Assembly (NCBI GenBank): GCA_017560095.1
Contig: JAFYOU010000025.1
Span: 28,435-92,434 of the forward strand
Length of the DNA stretch: 64,000 nt
Reading direction: 5' to 3'
Source of the DNA: Candidatus Gastranaerophilales bacterium
GTDB taxonomy: Bacteria > Cyanobacteriota > Vampirovibrionia > Gastranaerophilales > Gastranaerophilaceae
Within the stretch, counting starts at the first letter, position 1, and each line of letters starts with the position of its first letter. The notes below the pieces were generated by a model that saw nothing but the letters and a program-made list of their open reading frames with translations, was not told where the DNA came from and ran no database searches. A program made the translations under genes and the position numbers. Positions 1 through 8,667 of the stretch are shown one piece after another.

Positions 1-942
1 AGACAATTCAGATATCGTTGCTCTGTCTTTTGCGTCAAAAACTTCCATAATTTTTGCAGAAACCTCAGGTAAATCCAAATTTGTTTGAACAGAAGTGTTA
101 GCGTATTCTATTTTATATTCAAGCCTGATTTTTTGCTTTTGCAAAGTTTTTAAGAAAAACATTAACCAAGGCTCATAATTTGGTTCTATGTTTAAAGTTG
201 TTTGAGTTTGTCTTAACGCTCGATAATAGCCTTCTTTATTATCTTCAATAATTGATTCAGTTGAACTATAAGGAACATAAACATATCCTGATTTTAATAA
301 TAGAAGATTTGTTAATGCTCTTGATAGCCTACCATTCCCATCTTGGAAAGGGTGAATTGCAAGAAAATTAACAACAAAAACGCCAATAATAATTAGTGGA
401 TGATAATACTTATCAGCTAAATTCTTATTTGTCCAATCAATTAATTCTTGCATTTTTAAAGGAGTTTCAAAAGGTGTTGCTGTTTCAAAAACAACACCTA
501 GTTCCTTGCCTTCACTATCATATGCTGCAACCGCATTAGAAATTTTCTTGTATTCACCTTTATGCTTTTCATCTTTTGATGAATATTCCAACAAAATCTT
601 GTGTAATTGTTTTATATAATTTTCAGATAGTGGAATAACTTCCCAATCTTCAAAAATAGTATCAGCAAGTTTTGCATAACCTGCAACTTCTTCTTCATCT
701 CTGTTTGCAAAAGATTGTTTTTTTATGCGAGATAAAAGTTCTTCTACTTGTTTATCTGTTAGTTTGTTTCCTTCTATACGGTTTGAAGATCCTACACTTT
801 CAATTGTCGCAACTTTTTTTAAAGCTCTTAATTTTTCTGGAGCCATTTTGCCTAATAATTTCCAAGAGCCTTTAAATTCATCAATCTCTGAAATTATTGA
901 CAACATTTGATTAGTGATTTTTATATCTAGATTTTCTAACAT
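1..942 (-). CDS. Fic/DOC family protein (AMPylation-type fold); 3' end runs off the left window edge
   Basis: Not in the ORF track because it is open at the window edge. My reverse-strand translation from the ATG at 942..940 reads MLENLDIKITNQMLSIISEIDEFKGSWKLL... and contains the Fic signature HPFQDGNGRLSR (approx nt 322-356). Confidence 0.85.
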   Translation of the reverse strand, partial: MLENLDIKITNQMLSIISEIDEFKGSWKLLGKMAPEKLRALKKVATIESVGSSNRIEGNKLTDKQVEELLSRIKKQSFANRDEEEVAGYAKLADTIFEDWEVIPLSENYIKQLHKILLEYSSKDEKHKGEYKKISNAVAAYDSEGKELGVVFETATPFETPLKMQELIDWTNKNLADKYYHPLIIIGVFVVNFLAIHPFQDGNGRLSRALTNLLLLKSGYVYVPYSSTESIIEDNKEGYYRALRQTQTTLNIEPNYEPWLMFFLKTLQKQKIRLEYKIEYANTSVQTNLDLPEVSAKIMEVFDAKDRATISELS

Positions 943-948
943 AATAAT

Positions 949-975
949 ACCTAATTAGACCTAATATGACCTAAT
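949..975. promoter_or_regulatory. Three ACCTAAT direct repeats at exact 10-bp phasing, just upstream of the fic start codon (candidate operator)
   Basis: ACCTAAT occurs at 949-955, 959-965 and 969-975, read directly from the sequence. Function is inferred only from position. Confidence 0.3.
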
Positions 976-1051
976 AATACATTATTTTTATCTAATTGTC
1001 AATTTAATTATAAACCCTTAAATATTAAGACCATCAATTTGTTAAATGACT

Positions 1052-1400
1052 AACTACTCCCAAGCAGACTCGAACTATGAGGCAAATTGCAGAAACTCTT
1101 GTGGTATCTGTATTATAAGAGGACTCTTTTAATTTGGCGAAAGAGAATATACCTCAAATAACAGAGAAATTCTCTCAAAAATGAAATTTAGAGAATTTTA
1201 CCAAGCGGCTAAAGCCCACGTGGTGCGCGATTTTTGCATAAAAAAAGAGATCTGCAATAGATCTCTTTATTATTATGGTGGAGATTAGAAGATCCAAATT
1301 CTAGGTCAGATTTGTTCCAGTTTACCATCCTATGTCAAGTATTGCTTACATTTCGACTATTATCAAGTCGTTTCTTGTTTATTGAATCATTTCGACACAA
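1052..1400. repeat. Array repeat R1 (~349 bp): left arm with conserved hairpins, bidirectional terminator hairpin, degenerate tRNA-Ala 3' end, ~100-bp right arm
   Basis: Aligns by eye along its whole length with 2248-2595, 3668-4015 and 5343-5691. The pseudo tRNA 3' end TGGTGGAGATTAGAAGATCC starts at 1276. The terminator stem is AGAGATCT/AGATCTCT. Confidence 0.9.
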
Positions 1401-1491
1401 TTAACCTAATAGAAAATTAAGTGTATAATAATGATATTCTTTTACTAAAGTTTTAATCTGCAAATTATATTTAGATAAGGAGAGAATCTTA

Positions 1492-2217
1492 ATGAATGAA
1501 TTTAAAAATAAGGTTGCAATAGTTACTGGTGGTGCATCAGGTATTGGTAAAGCAATTGCAGAAATGCTTAATGCTAATGGAGCTAAGGTTGTTATTATTG
1601 ATCGTGATGACAATACTACTAACTGTGATTATTTTTATAAAGGAGATTTAACTCAAAAAGAAGTTCTTGAAGATTTTACTTCCAAAGTTAAAGAAAAATA
1701 TACTAATGTAGATTTTATTATAAATAATGCAGGATTAACTAAAGGTGGACTTTTAACTTGTGATTATGAAGATTTTTTGTATGTTCAAAAAACAAGTCTT
1801 GCTGCACCATTTATGCTAACTAAATTATTAATGAATAATTTTAATCCAAATGCATCAATAGTTAATATTTCATCAACTAGAGCTTTTCAATCTCAACCAG
1901 ATTGGGAGAGCTATGCAGCAGCTAAAGGAGGAATTGTTGCATTGACTCATTCAATGGCTGTAACATTAAAAGGAAAGGCTCGAGTTAATTGTATTTCTCC
2001 AGGTTGGATTGATACATTAAACTCAGATTTTTGTACAGAAGATTTATTACAACATCCTACAAATAAAGTTGGAACTCCAAATGATATAGCGAACTTAGTA
2101 TTATTTTTATGTTCTGATAAAGCTCAATTTATTACAGGTGAAAATATTACTGTTGATGGAGGTATGAGTAAGTTGATGATTTATCACAATGACTACGGAT
2201 GGAATTATAACTCATAA
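1492..2217 (+). CDS. Short-chain dehydrogenase/reductase (SDR) family oxidoreductase
   Basis: ORF track 241 aa. It has the TGGASGIGKAIA cofactor motif, the NNAG motif and a YAAAK catalytic motif. A GGAG RBS lies upstream. Confidence 0.9.
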   Translation: MNEFKNKVAIVTGGASGIGKAIAEMLNANGAKVVIIDRDDNTTNCDYFYKGDLTQKEVLEDFTSKVKEKYTNVDFIINNAGLTKGGLLTCDYEDFLYVQKTSLAAPFMLTKLLMNNFNPNASIVNISSTRAFQSQPDWESYAAAKGGIVALTHSMAVTLKGKARVNCISPGWIDTLNSDFCTEDLLQHPTNKVGTPNDIANLVLFLCSDKAQFITGENITVDGGMSKLMIYHNDYGWNYNS

Positions 2218-2247
2218 TTTTTTGGGCATCACTTTGCATGTTCCTAT

Positions 2248-2595
2248 TACTACTCCAAAGCAGACTCGAACTAGAGGCCAAATTGCAGAAACTCTTGTGG
2301 TATCTGTATTATAAGAGGACTCTTTTGAATATGGGAAAGAGAATTCGTCTCAAATAACATAGAATTTCTCTAAAAAATGAGATTTGGAGAATCTCACCAA
2401 ACGGCTAAAGCCCACACAGTGCGGGATTTTTGCATTAAAAAAGAGACCTTAATCGGTCTCTTATTTTTAATGGTGGAGATTAGGAGATCCAAACTTGAGG
2501 TCAGATTTGTTCCAGTTTACCATCCTATGTCAAGTATTGCTTACATTTCCACTATTATCAAGTCGTTTCTTGTTTATTGAATCATTTCGACACAA
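2248..2595. repeat. Array repeat R2 (~348 bp)
   Basis: Same architecture as R1. The pseudo tRNA 3' end starts at 2471. The terminator stem variant AGAGACC/GGTCTCT is at 2442-2461. Confidence 0.9.
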
Positions 2596-2699
2596 CTATT
2601 TTAACCTTAAGATCACTATGTCCATTTTTGACGTATTGGTGTTTTAGAATAAAATAGTAAATCGCATAGACATATAATTATCCATTAAGTTGTTTAAAA

Positions 2700-3095
2700 T
2701 ATATGTTTGGAGTGATTTACAAACAGCTTTGGTACTGTAAATATCGCGACAGAGCCAAAATGGGCGACAGGGGTTTGATGCGAGTCCCCTTATCAAAGCT
2801 TCATAATTCTAATAAGGGACCAGCTTATTAGTGAGAATGTAGTTCTGACAGGAGTACAACTACAGATTATGAAAATACCAATTAGTATCTGCTCTCGGTT
2901 TGGGTACCGCTCGTTTAGGACGTAAGGCAGGGGCTTGTTGGGAAACAAAAGAGTTCAAGAATAGAATAGGAGCCTTTTCTTGAAGTAATGTCTGAACCGG
3001 GTACATAAGACGAACAGACGCTCTTCCTCAACTACACCGACCTTAGGGAGCTTTTGCCCTAAGTGTCGTGGTGGCTGGGGTAATGTAAGGATTTA
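2700..3095 (+). ncRNA. Candidate structured RNA or long structured 5' leader; class not recognised
   Basis: No ORF on either strand. The region is visibly more G+C-rich than its flanks. Several clean local hairpins are present: AGGGG..CCCCT, GTAGTT..AACTAC, TTCAAGAA..TTCTTGAA and CTTAGGG..CCCTAAG. Strand is assumed from the cassette orientation. Confidence 0.3.
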
Positions 3096-3098
3096 ACA

Positions 3099-3632
3099 AT
3101 GAAACTAGAAAACTTTCCAGAAATAAAATGGATAATAAGTAAACAAGATTCAATGAATAGGTGTATGTCTGTTTATAGACAAGACCATCCTTATTTTAAA
3201 TGTTTTGATTTTCCAAGATATTTTTATTTCAAAATTTATAATGATAGATTAGTAATACATTGGGCCGTAATACGTAAAGAAGAAAATTGGTCAGTATATT
3301 TTATAAGTATGCGTGGCCGTGCTTTCGATAAGCTAGAGTTTAAAACTAAAAAACAAGCACAAAGAGCGTTGCGTCGAAACAAATTTTATTTTTCTACAAA
3401 TAAATATTGTCCCTATAAACCAATTTCACCAATTTATATAAACCTTGGCGAAGGTAAAAAATCAGCACCTTATTCAAAAGGAAATTTATGGGATTTTGGA
3501 AAAAAAGCCCAAGACAATGTTAAAAAGATTAGCAATAAACATATCGAATATAAAAGCAACTATATAAAATTACTAATAAAACTTATACAATGGATTGTTA
3601 TTATTTTGATAATAAAAGCTATTTCAAATTAA
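3099..3632 (+). CDS. Hypothetical protein with C-terminal hydrophobic helix
   Basis: ORF track 177 aa. No motif recognised. The C-terminal LLIKLIQWIVIILIIKAI looks like a TM anchor. Confidence 0.55.
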   Translation: MKLENFPEIKWIISKQDSMNRCMSVYRQDHPYFKCFDFPRYFYFKIYNDRLVIHWAVIRKEENWSVYFISMRGRAFDKLEFKTKKQAQRALRRNKFYFSTNKYCPYKPISPIYINLGEGKKSAPYSKGNLWDFGKKAQDNVKKISNKHIEYKSNYIKLLIKLIQWIVIILIIKAISN

Positions 3633-3667
3633 GTTTAAAATTAGGACCACCAATTTGTTTGATTGAT

Positions 3668-4015
3668 TACTACTCCAAAGCAGACTCAAACTAGAGGCCA
3701 AAGTATCGAAACACTTATGGTCTCTGAATTACAAAAGGACTCTTTTAATTTGGCGAAAGAGAATTCGCCCCAAATAACAAAGAAATTCTCTGAAATTTGA
3801 GTTTTAGAGATTTTCACAAAATCGCCAAAGCCCGCACAGTGCGGGATTTTTGCATTAAAAAAGAGACCTTAATCGGTCTCTTATTTAAAATGGTGGAGAT
3901 CAGGAGATCCAAACTCGAGGTCAGATTTGTTCCAGTTTACCATCCTATGTCAAGTATTGCTTACATTTCCACTATTATCAAGTCATTTTTTGTTTATTGA
4001 ATCATTTCGACACAA
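3668..4015. repeat. Array repeat R3 (~348 bp)
   Basis: Same architecture as R1. The pseudo tRNA 3' end starts at 3891. The terminator stem is AGAGACC/GGTCTCT. Confidence 0.9.
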
Positions 4016-4103
4016 TTATTTAAAATTCAAATTTCTTACGTCCATTTTTGACATATAAGATTTTTATAATAAGAATAATAATACAATAAAGGAGTAACTT
4101 TAA

Positions 4104-5318
4104 ATGAAAGAAGTTGTTGGAAAATTTAATACTGCAAAGATTTTTACTGATAATATAGATACCTTTTCAGTATCCCAAATACAAACACTATGTGATCAAG
4201 AATTTATTAGTGATAGTAAAATCAGAATTATGCCAGATGTGCACGCCGGTACAGGTTGTACGATTGGAACAACAATGACTATTAAAGATAAAATAGTTCC
4301 AAACCTAGTCGGTGTTGACATCGGTTGTGGTATGGAAACTATTGAACTTGCTAATGATTCTGTGGATTTGGAAAAGTTCGATAAATTTATCTATGACAAT
4401 ATTCCGAGCGGCATGAATATTAGAACAACTCCACACAAATACGTAAATGAAGTTGAAATTAATAATTTGAGATGCCTTAAAATGATAAATCAGCATAGAG
4501 CAATTCACAGTGTTGGAACACTAGGTGGTGGTAATCATTTTATTGAAATTGATAAAGATTATGAAGGTAAACTTTATATCGTCATCCATTCAGGAAGTAG
4601 ATATTTAGGTAAAGAAGTTGCCGAATATTATCAGGAAGAAGCATATAACCAGTTAAACAACTGTTCTAAAAAAATGCTTGATGATGTTATTGCGGATTTA
4701 AAAGCACATGGCAGACAGTCTGAAATTCAAACTACAATTGCAGAATTAAAAAAACAAATCATAACAGATATTCCTAAAGCTCTTGCTTATGTAAGCGGTT
4801 ATCTATTCGATAATTATATTCACGATATGAAAATCGTACAAAAATATGCAGTTATGAATAGAAAAGCTATGGCTGATGAACTTATAAAAGGTCTTGATTT
4901 AAGTGTAAAAGAAGAATTTACTACTATTCACAACTACATAGATACAGATTCAATGATTCTTAGAAAAGGTGCCGTATCAGCAAAAAAAGGTGAAAAACTT
5001 TTGATTCCTATAAATATGCGTGATGGAAGTTTAATTTGTATAGGCAAAGGAAATGAAGACTGGAATTGTTCAGCCCCTCATGGCGCAGGAAGATTATTCA
5101 GTAGAAATCAGGCAAAGAAAAATTTTACTGTTGACGAATTTAAAGCATCAATGAGCGGGATTTATACAACTTCAATTAATGAAGAGACACTTGATGAATG
5201 TCCAATGGCTTATAAAACAATGGATGATATTGTTAATAATATTTCTCCAACTGCAGAAATTATAAAAATTATAAAACCTATTTATAACTTTAAAGCTGGC
5301 GAAGGATTTAAAAAATAG
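4104..5318 (+). CDS. rtcB: RNA 3'-phosphate/5'-OH ligase RtcB
   Basis: ORF track 404 aa. RtcB hallmark motifs are present: PDVHAGTGC, GGGNHFIE, HSGSR, HNY and APHGAGR. An AGGAG RBS lies upstream. Confidence 0.93.
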   Translation: MKEVVGKFNTAKIFTDNIDTFSVSQIQTLCDQEFISDSKIRIMPDVHAGTGCTIGTTMTIKDKIVPNLVGVDIGCGMETIELANDSVDLEKFDKFIYDNIPSGMNIRTTPHKYVNEVEINNLRCLKMINQHRAIHSVGTLGGGNHFIEIDKDYEGKLYIVIHSGSRYLGKEVAEYYQEEAYNQLNNCSKKMLDDVIADLKAHGRQSEIQTTIAELKKQIITDIPKALAYVSGYLFDNYIHDMKIVQKYAVMNRKAMADELIKGLDLSVKEEFTTIHNYIDTDSMILRKGAVSAKKGEKLLIPINMRDGSLICIGKGNEDWNCSAPHGAGRLFSRNQAKKNFTVDEFKASMSGIYTTSINEETLDECPMAYKTMDDIVNNISPTAEIIKIIKPIYNFKAGEGFKK

Positions 5319-5342
5319 GTACATCAGTTCGTTTCTCCCAAT

Positions 5343-5691
5343 TACTACTCCAATGCAGACTCGAACTAGAGACCAAATCGCCGAAACACATATGGTCTCT
5401 GAATTACAAAAGGACTCTTTTAATTTGGCGAAAGAGAATTCGCCACAAATAACAGAGAAATTCTCTAGAAAATGGAATTTAGAGAATTTTACTAAACGGC
5501 TAAAGCCCACACAGTGCGGGATTTTTGCATAAAAAAAGAGATCTGCAATAGATCTCTTTTTTATTATGGTGGAGATTAGGAGATTCAAACTCGAGGTCAG
5601 ATTTGTTCAAGTTTACCATCCTATGTCAAGTATTACTTACATTTCCACTATTATCAAGTCATTTTTTGTTTATTGAATCATTTTGACACAA
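5343..5691. repeat. Array repeat R4 (~349 bp)
   Basis: Same architecture as R1. The pseudo tRNA 3' end starts at 5567. The terminator stem AGAGATCT/AGATCTCT matches R1. Perfect hairpins AGAGACCA..TGGTCTCT and AGAGAATT..AATTCTCT lie in the left arm. Confidence 0.9.
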
Positions 5692-5895
5692 ATGAATATT
5701 AAGCAAAATTTTTACAAAAAATTTGTAAATTCTTTGAAATTTACTCGAGTTTTTGAGCTGAAAACATCTTGTAACAAGGAAAGTCCTGTCAATTAGCCGA
5801 ATGGCCTACGTAAAAATACGGACTTGTTGGCCATTTTGAAAATTATTATAATGTGAATATTTTTAAGATTTACACAATTAATAGGAGAAATTAGA

Positions 5896-6840
5896 ATGGC
5901 AAATTTAAGAGATTTTTTCAACAAAATATCTAATGATAATCGAATTTTTACAGCAGAAGATATTGGGGAGATGTCTAGTAGTGAATTTTCACAGAATGAA
6001 AAAGCAATTGATTATCAATTAGCACATTTAGGTGTGCCTAAAAATTCTGATATTGCTCAATCGGATGATGTTATTTATGTTAATGCCTATGTTCGAGATG
6101 ATGGAACTAAAGTAAGGGCACACTACAGATCTAAGTCAAATAAGCAAAATTTTAACAAGGCAACGAATTTTACAAATCAAAAAGTAGTTGATAAAAAAAT
6201 TTTTTCAAACACTAGAGGCACTATCGATGATTATTCTTCATCTATAGAAAATATTTCTATTGGAATAATTAACAAAAAAATACTTGATTTAGGCATAAAT
6301 ATTATTGGGAGAAAAGGTCAAGAAGATGCTATGACTTTTTGGAACATCGCATCCAGACCATTTTGGATTAATAATGAAGATTATATAAATAAAAACGGAA
6401 AAATCTATAATAATATAAAAAATTTAGGTATAGAATATGATCAATATAAGCCAAAGATTATAGAAAAAGTAAAATCTCAATTTGGAAATGTAAATGTACT
6501 TGGAATTGTTTTTCATGAAAATAGTACTGTTTCAAACGCGATTAATCAATCACAAGAATTAAATAATTTTGTTCTAAAAAATATTACTGCATTAAAATCA
6601 GGAAAAGAAATAACAGGTTCAATATCTTTTACTAATGATAAAAATTTACACAACACATTTGGTAAAGTTGATATTTTATCTGCGAAGTTGAATAGCAATA
6701 ATATTGATGTTATATTACTAGATACATATGATTTTAATCCCAATGAAAAAAATTGGATAGTACAAATGGGATATAATGCACAAAAAGTAGGTTTGCTAAA
6801 TCCATACTTTACAATTGTAAGATGTAGATATAAATTATAA
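5896..6840 (+). CDS. Hypothetical protein
   Basis: ORF track 314 aa with an AGGAG RBS upstream. No recognisable catalytic motif. Confidence 0.6.
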   Translation: MANLRDFFNKISNDNRIFTAEDIGEMSSSEFSQNEKAIDYQLAHLGVPKNSDIAQSDDVIYVNAYVRDDGTKVRAHYRSKSNKQNFNKATNFTNQKVVDKKIFSNTRGTIDDYSSSIENISIGIINKKILDLGINIIGRKGQEDAMTFWNIASRPFWINNEDYINKNGKIYNNIKNLGIEYDQYKPKIIEKVKSQFGNVNVLGIVFHENSTVSNAINQSQELNNFVLKNITALKSGKEITGSISFTNDKNLHNTFGKVDILSAKLNSNNIDVILLDTYDFNPNEKNWIVQMGYNAQKVGLLNPYFTIVRCRYKL

Positions 6841-6851
6841 AGGATATATAA

Positions 6852-7307
6852 ATGAATAGCATAGAATTTTACATTCTTTTTTGTATTTTTAATATACTAC
6901 TAATTGGATTGATTTTAGCTTGTTATTGCCTATTTGCTGTACTATTAGTTCTAGATGTGGAAGATATATGGTTTGGTGTTAATGTTTTCTGTGCTTTTAT
7001 ATTTTTAATAATATATATTACATTAAAACTATGCTTACCTAAAATAATTGTAAATTTTTCAAATAAACATAATGGTTCAATAATTAATAATTTCATAGAA
7101 TATTTGCAAAGTAAGAAAACAAATAAAACGAAAATCTTATTTTTAGCTTTTTGTTTTGATTTACCATTTATAACGCTTTCTATAATTGGATATCCTAGTT
7201 TAGTATTATTAATATATTTTCTTTTCTATGCAGGAGGAATATTTGTTTTTTATATAATGTTATACCAAGAATGTGAAAAAAATATAAATAAAGAAAGTTT
7301 TTTCTGA
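6852..7307 (+). CDS. Hypothetical multi-pass membrane protein
   Basis: ORF track 151 aa with about four hydrophobic segments. It starts 12 nt after the preceding ORF, so the two are probably co-transcribed. Confidence 0.6.
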   Translation: MNSIEFYILFCIFNILLIGLILACYCLFAVLLVLDVEDIWFGVNVFCAFIFLIIYITLKLCLPKIIVNFSNKHNGSIINNFIEYLQSKKTNKTKILFLAFCFDLPFITLSIIGYPSLVLLIYFLFYAGGIFVFYIMLYQECEKNINKESFF

Positions 7308-7337
7308 TTTAATTAAGGACATTTTTTGTTTGTTAAA

Positions 7338-7561
7338 TTACTACCCAAAAGCAGACTATAACCAAAGGCCAAAACGTCTAAACACTTATGGTCTCTGAAT
7401 TACAAAAGGACTCTTTTAATTTGGCGAAAGAGAATTTGGCAAAAAGAACGGAGAAATTCTCTAAAAATTACGATTTTGAGATTCTCATAAAACAGCTAAA
7501 GCCCACACAGTGCGGGATTTTTGCATAAAAAAAGAGACCTTAATCGGTCTCTTTTTTTTAA
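7338..7561. repeat. Array repeat R5: left arm and terminator only, abutting the genuine tRNA-Ala
   Basis: Matches the left ~224 bp of R1-R4, including the AGAGACC/GGTCTCT terminator. Where R1-R4 carry the pseudo 3' end and right arm, the intact tRNA-Ala follows here. Confidence 0.85.
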
Positions 7562-7637
7562 TGGTGGAGGTTAGGAGATTCGAACTCCTGACCCCCTGCG
7601 TGCAAAGCAGGTGCTCTACCAGCTGAGCTAAACCCCC
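7562..7637 (-). tRNA. tRNA-Ala (anticodon UGC), CCA encoded
   Basis: The reverse complement GGGGGTTTAGCTCAGCTGGTAGAGCACCTGCTTTGCACGCAGGGGGTCAGGAGTTCGAATCTCCTAACCTCCACCA folds as a 76-nt cloverleaf. It has the G3:U70 Ala identity pair and anticodon loop TTTGCAC. Confidence 0.95.
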
Positions 7638-7780
7638 ACATTTGGGTATTTTTTTGTCATTGCAACCAAAATTATTTCGGCTACATTTTTTATTTTACAT
7701 GCTAATTTTTTTTTGTAAACCCCTTTTTTAAAAATTTTTATTTATTTTCCTGTTTCACTTTTTATGCTAATATTATTCCT

Positions 7781-8560
7781 ATGGTGATGAAGTTTTTACT
7801 TATTTTTCTTGCATTATTTGTGGTTTGGATTGCTTTTGTCGAACCATACATTCTTACCACTAATTATGGGCAAATTAAAGACAAAAACCTTGCAGGGCTT
7901 CGTGTAGTCTTCGTTTCAGACTTGCACTACAAACCCTATGAAAAATTTCGCCTAATTCGTGATGTTAAAAAAATTCAAGCCCAAAATCCTGACATAGTCC
8001 TTTTTGGTGGAGATTTTGTCAATGGTCATAAAAAACACTCATCTCTTAATCCCGCTGTTATAGCCGAAGAATTGGGGAAAATTAAGTCAAAATATGGCTC
8101 TTTTGCGGTTTTAGGTAATCACGATGTCTGGCATGATGCCTACGGTATTTCAAAACTTCTTAAGAAAAACAACATCACAGTCTTGAAAAATTCAAATAAA
8201 AAAGTCGGTGATTTCACCATTGCAGGCGTTGAAGATATGCAAACCCAAAGCCCAAATGTCGAAAAAGCCCTCAATAACGTCGAAACTCCGGTTATTCTTT
8301 TAAGTCATACTCCTGATATCTTTGAACAAGTTCCAGATACTGTTAACCTTACTCTAGCGGGTCATGTTCACGGCGGTCAGGTCAAATTACCTTTTAAAGG
8401 TGCTGTTTTTGTGCCCTCTAAATTTGGAACAAAATACGCTGAAGGCTATTTTAATGACATGGGTCGCAAAATGATTGTCACAAAAGGTGTGGGCACAAGC
8501 ATTTTGCCTATCCGTTTCTTGTGTTTCCCTGAAATTGTCCTTATAGAATTCGTTGATTAA
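7781..8560 (+). CDS. Calcineurin-like metallophosphoesterase with N-terminal membrane anchor
   Basis: ORF track 259 aa. Motifs: VSDLHY, GGDFV, GNHD and GHVHGGQ. Confidence 0.85.
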   Translation: MVMKFLLIFLALFVVWIAFVEPYILTTNYGQIKDKNLAGLRVVFVSDLHYKPYEKFRLIRDVKKIQAQNPDIVLFGGDFVNGHKKHSSLNPAVIAEELGKIKSKYGSFAVLGNHDVWHDAYGISKLLKKNNITVLKNSNKKVGDFTIAGVEDMQTQSPNVEKALNNVETPVILLSHTPDIFEQVPDTVNLTLAGHVHGGQVKLPFKGAVFVPSKFGTKYAEGYFNDMGRKMIVTKGVGTSILPIRFLCFPEIVLIEFVD

Positions 8561-8667
8561 AAACAATTGTAAAATTTTTGTAATATTTAATTTTTTATCC
8601 TAAAGTTTTTTTTCAAAAATCCGATAAGCTAACTTGTCAGAGGTTAGTTAATAAGGAGAATTACTTT

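Noticed and set aside
1276-1310. Pseudo tRNA-Ala 3' ends in R1-R4 as functional tRNA or tRNA-half genes
   Set aside because: Only the last ~25-30 nt resemble the tRNA. The 5' side of the T-stem does not pair (for example TCAAG against CTCCT), and no D or anticodon arm precedes them.
2377-2580. 67-aa ORFs inside array repeats R2 (2377-2580) and R3 (3797-4000) that look conserved
   Set aside because: They read straight through the terminator hairpin and the pseudo-tRNA end. In R1 the same frame hits a stop (…YYYGGD*) and no equivalent ORF is called in R4. The conservation is at the nucleotide level of the repeat, not the protein level.
1026-7637. CRISPR array or classical integron as an explanation for the repeat/cassette pattern
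   Set aside because: The repeats are ~350 bp, against CRISPR's 25-50 bp and attC's ~60-140 bp. The 'spacers' are 0.8-1.7 kb and contain whole genes. No cas or intI gene is in the window.
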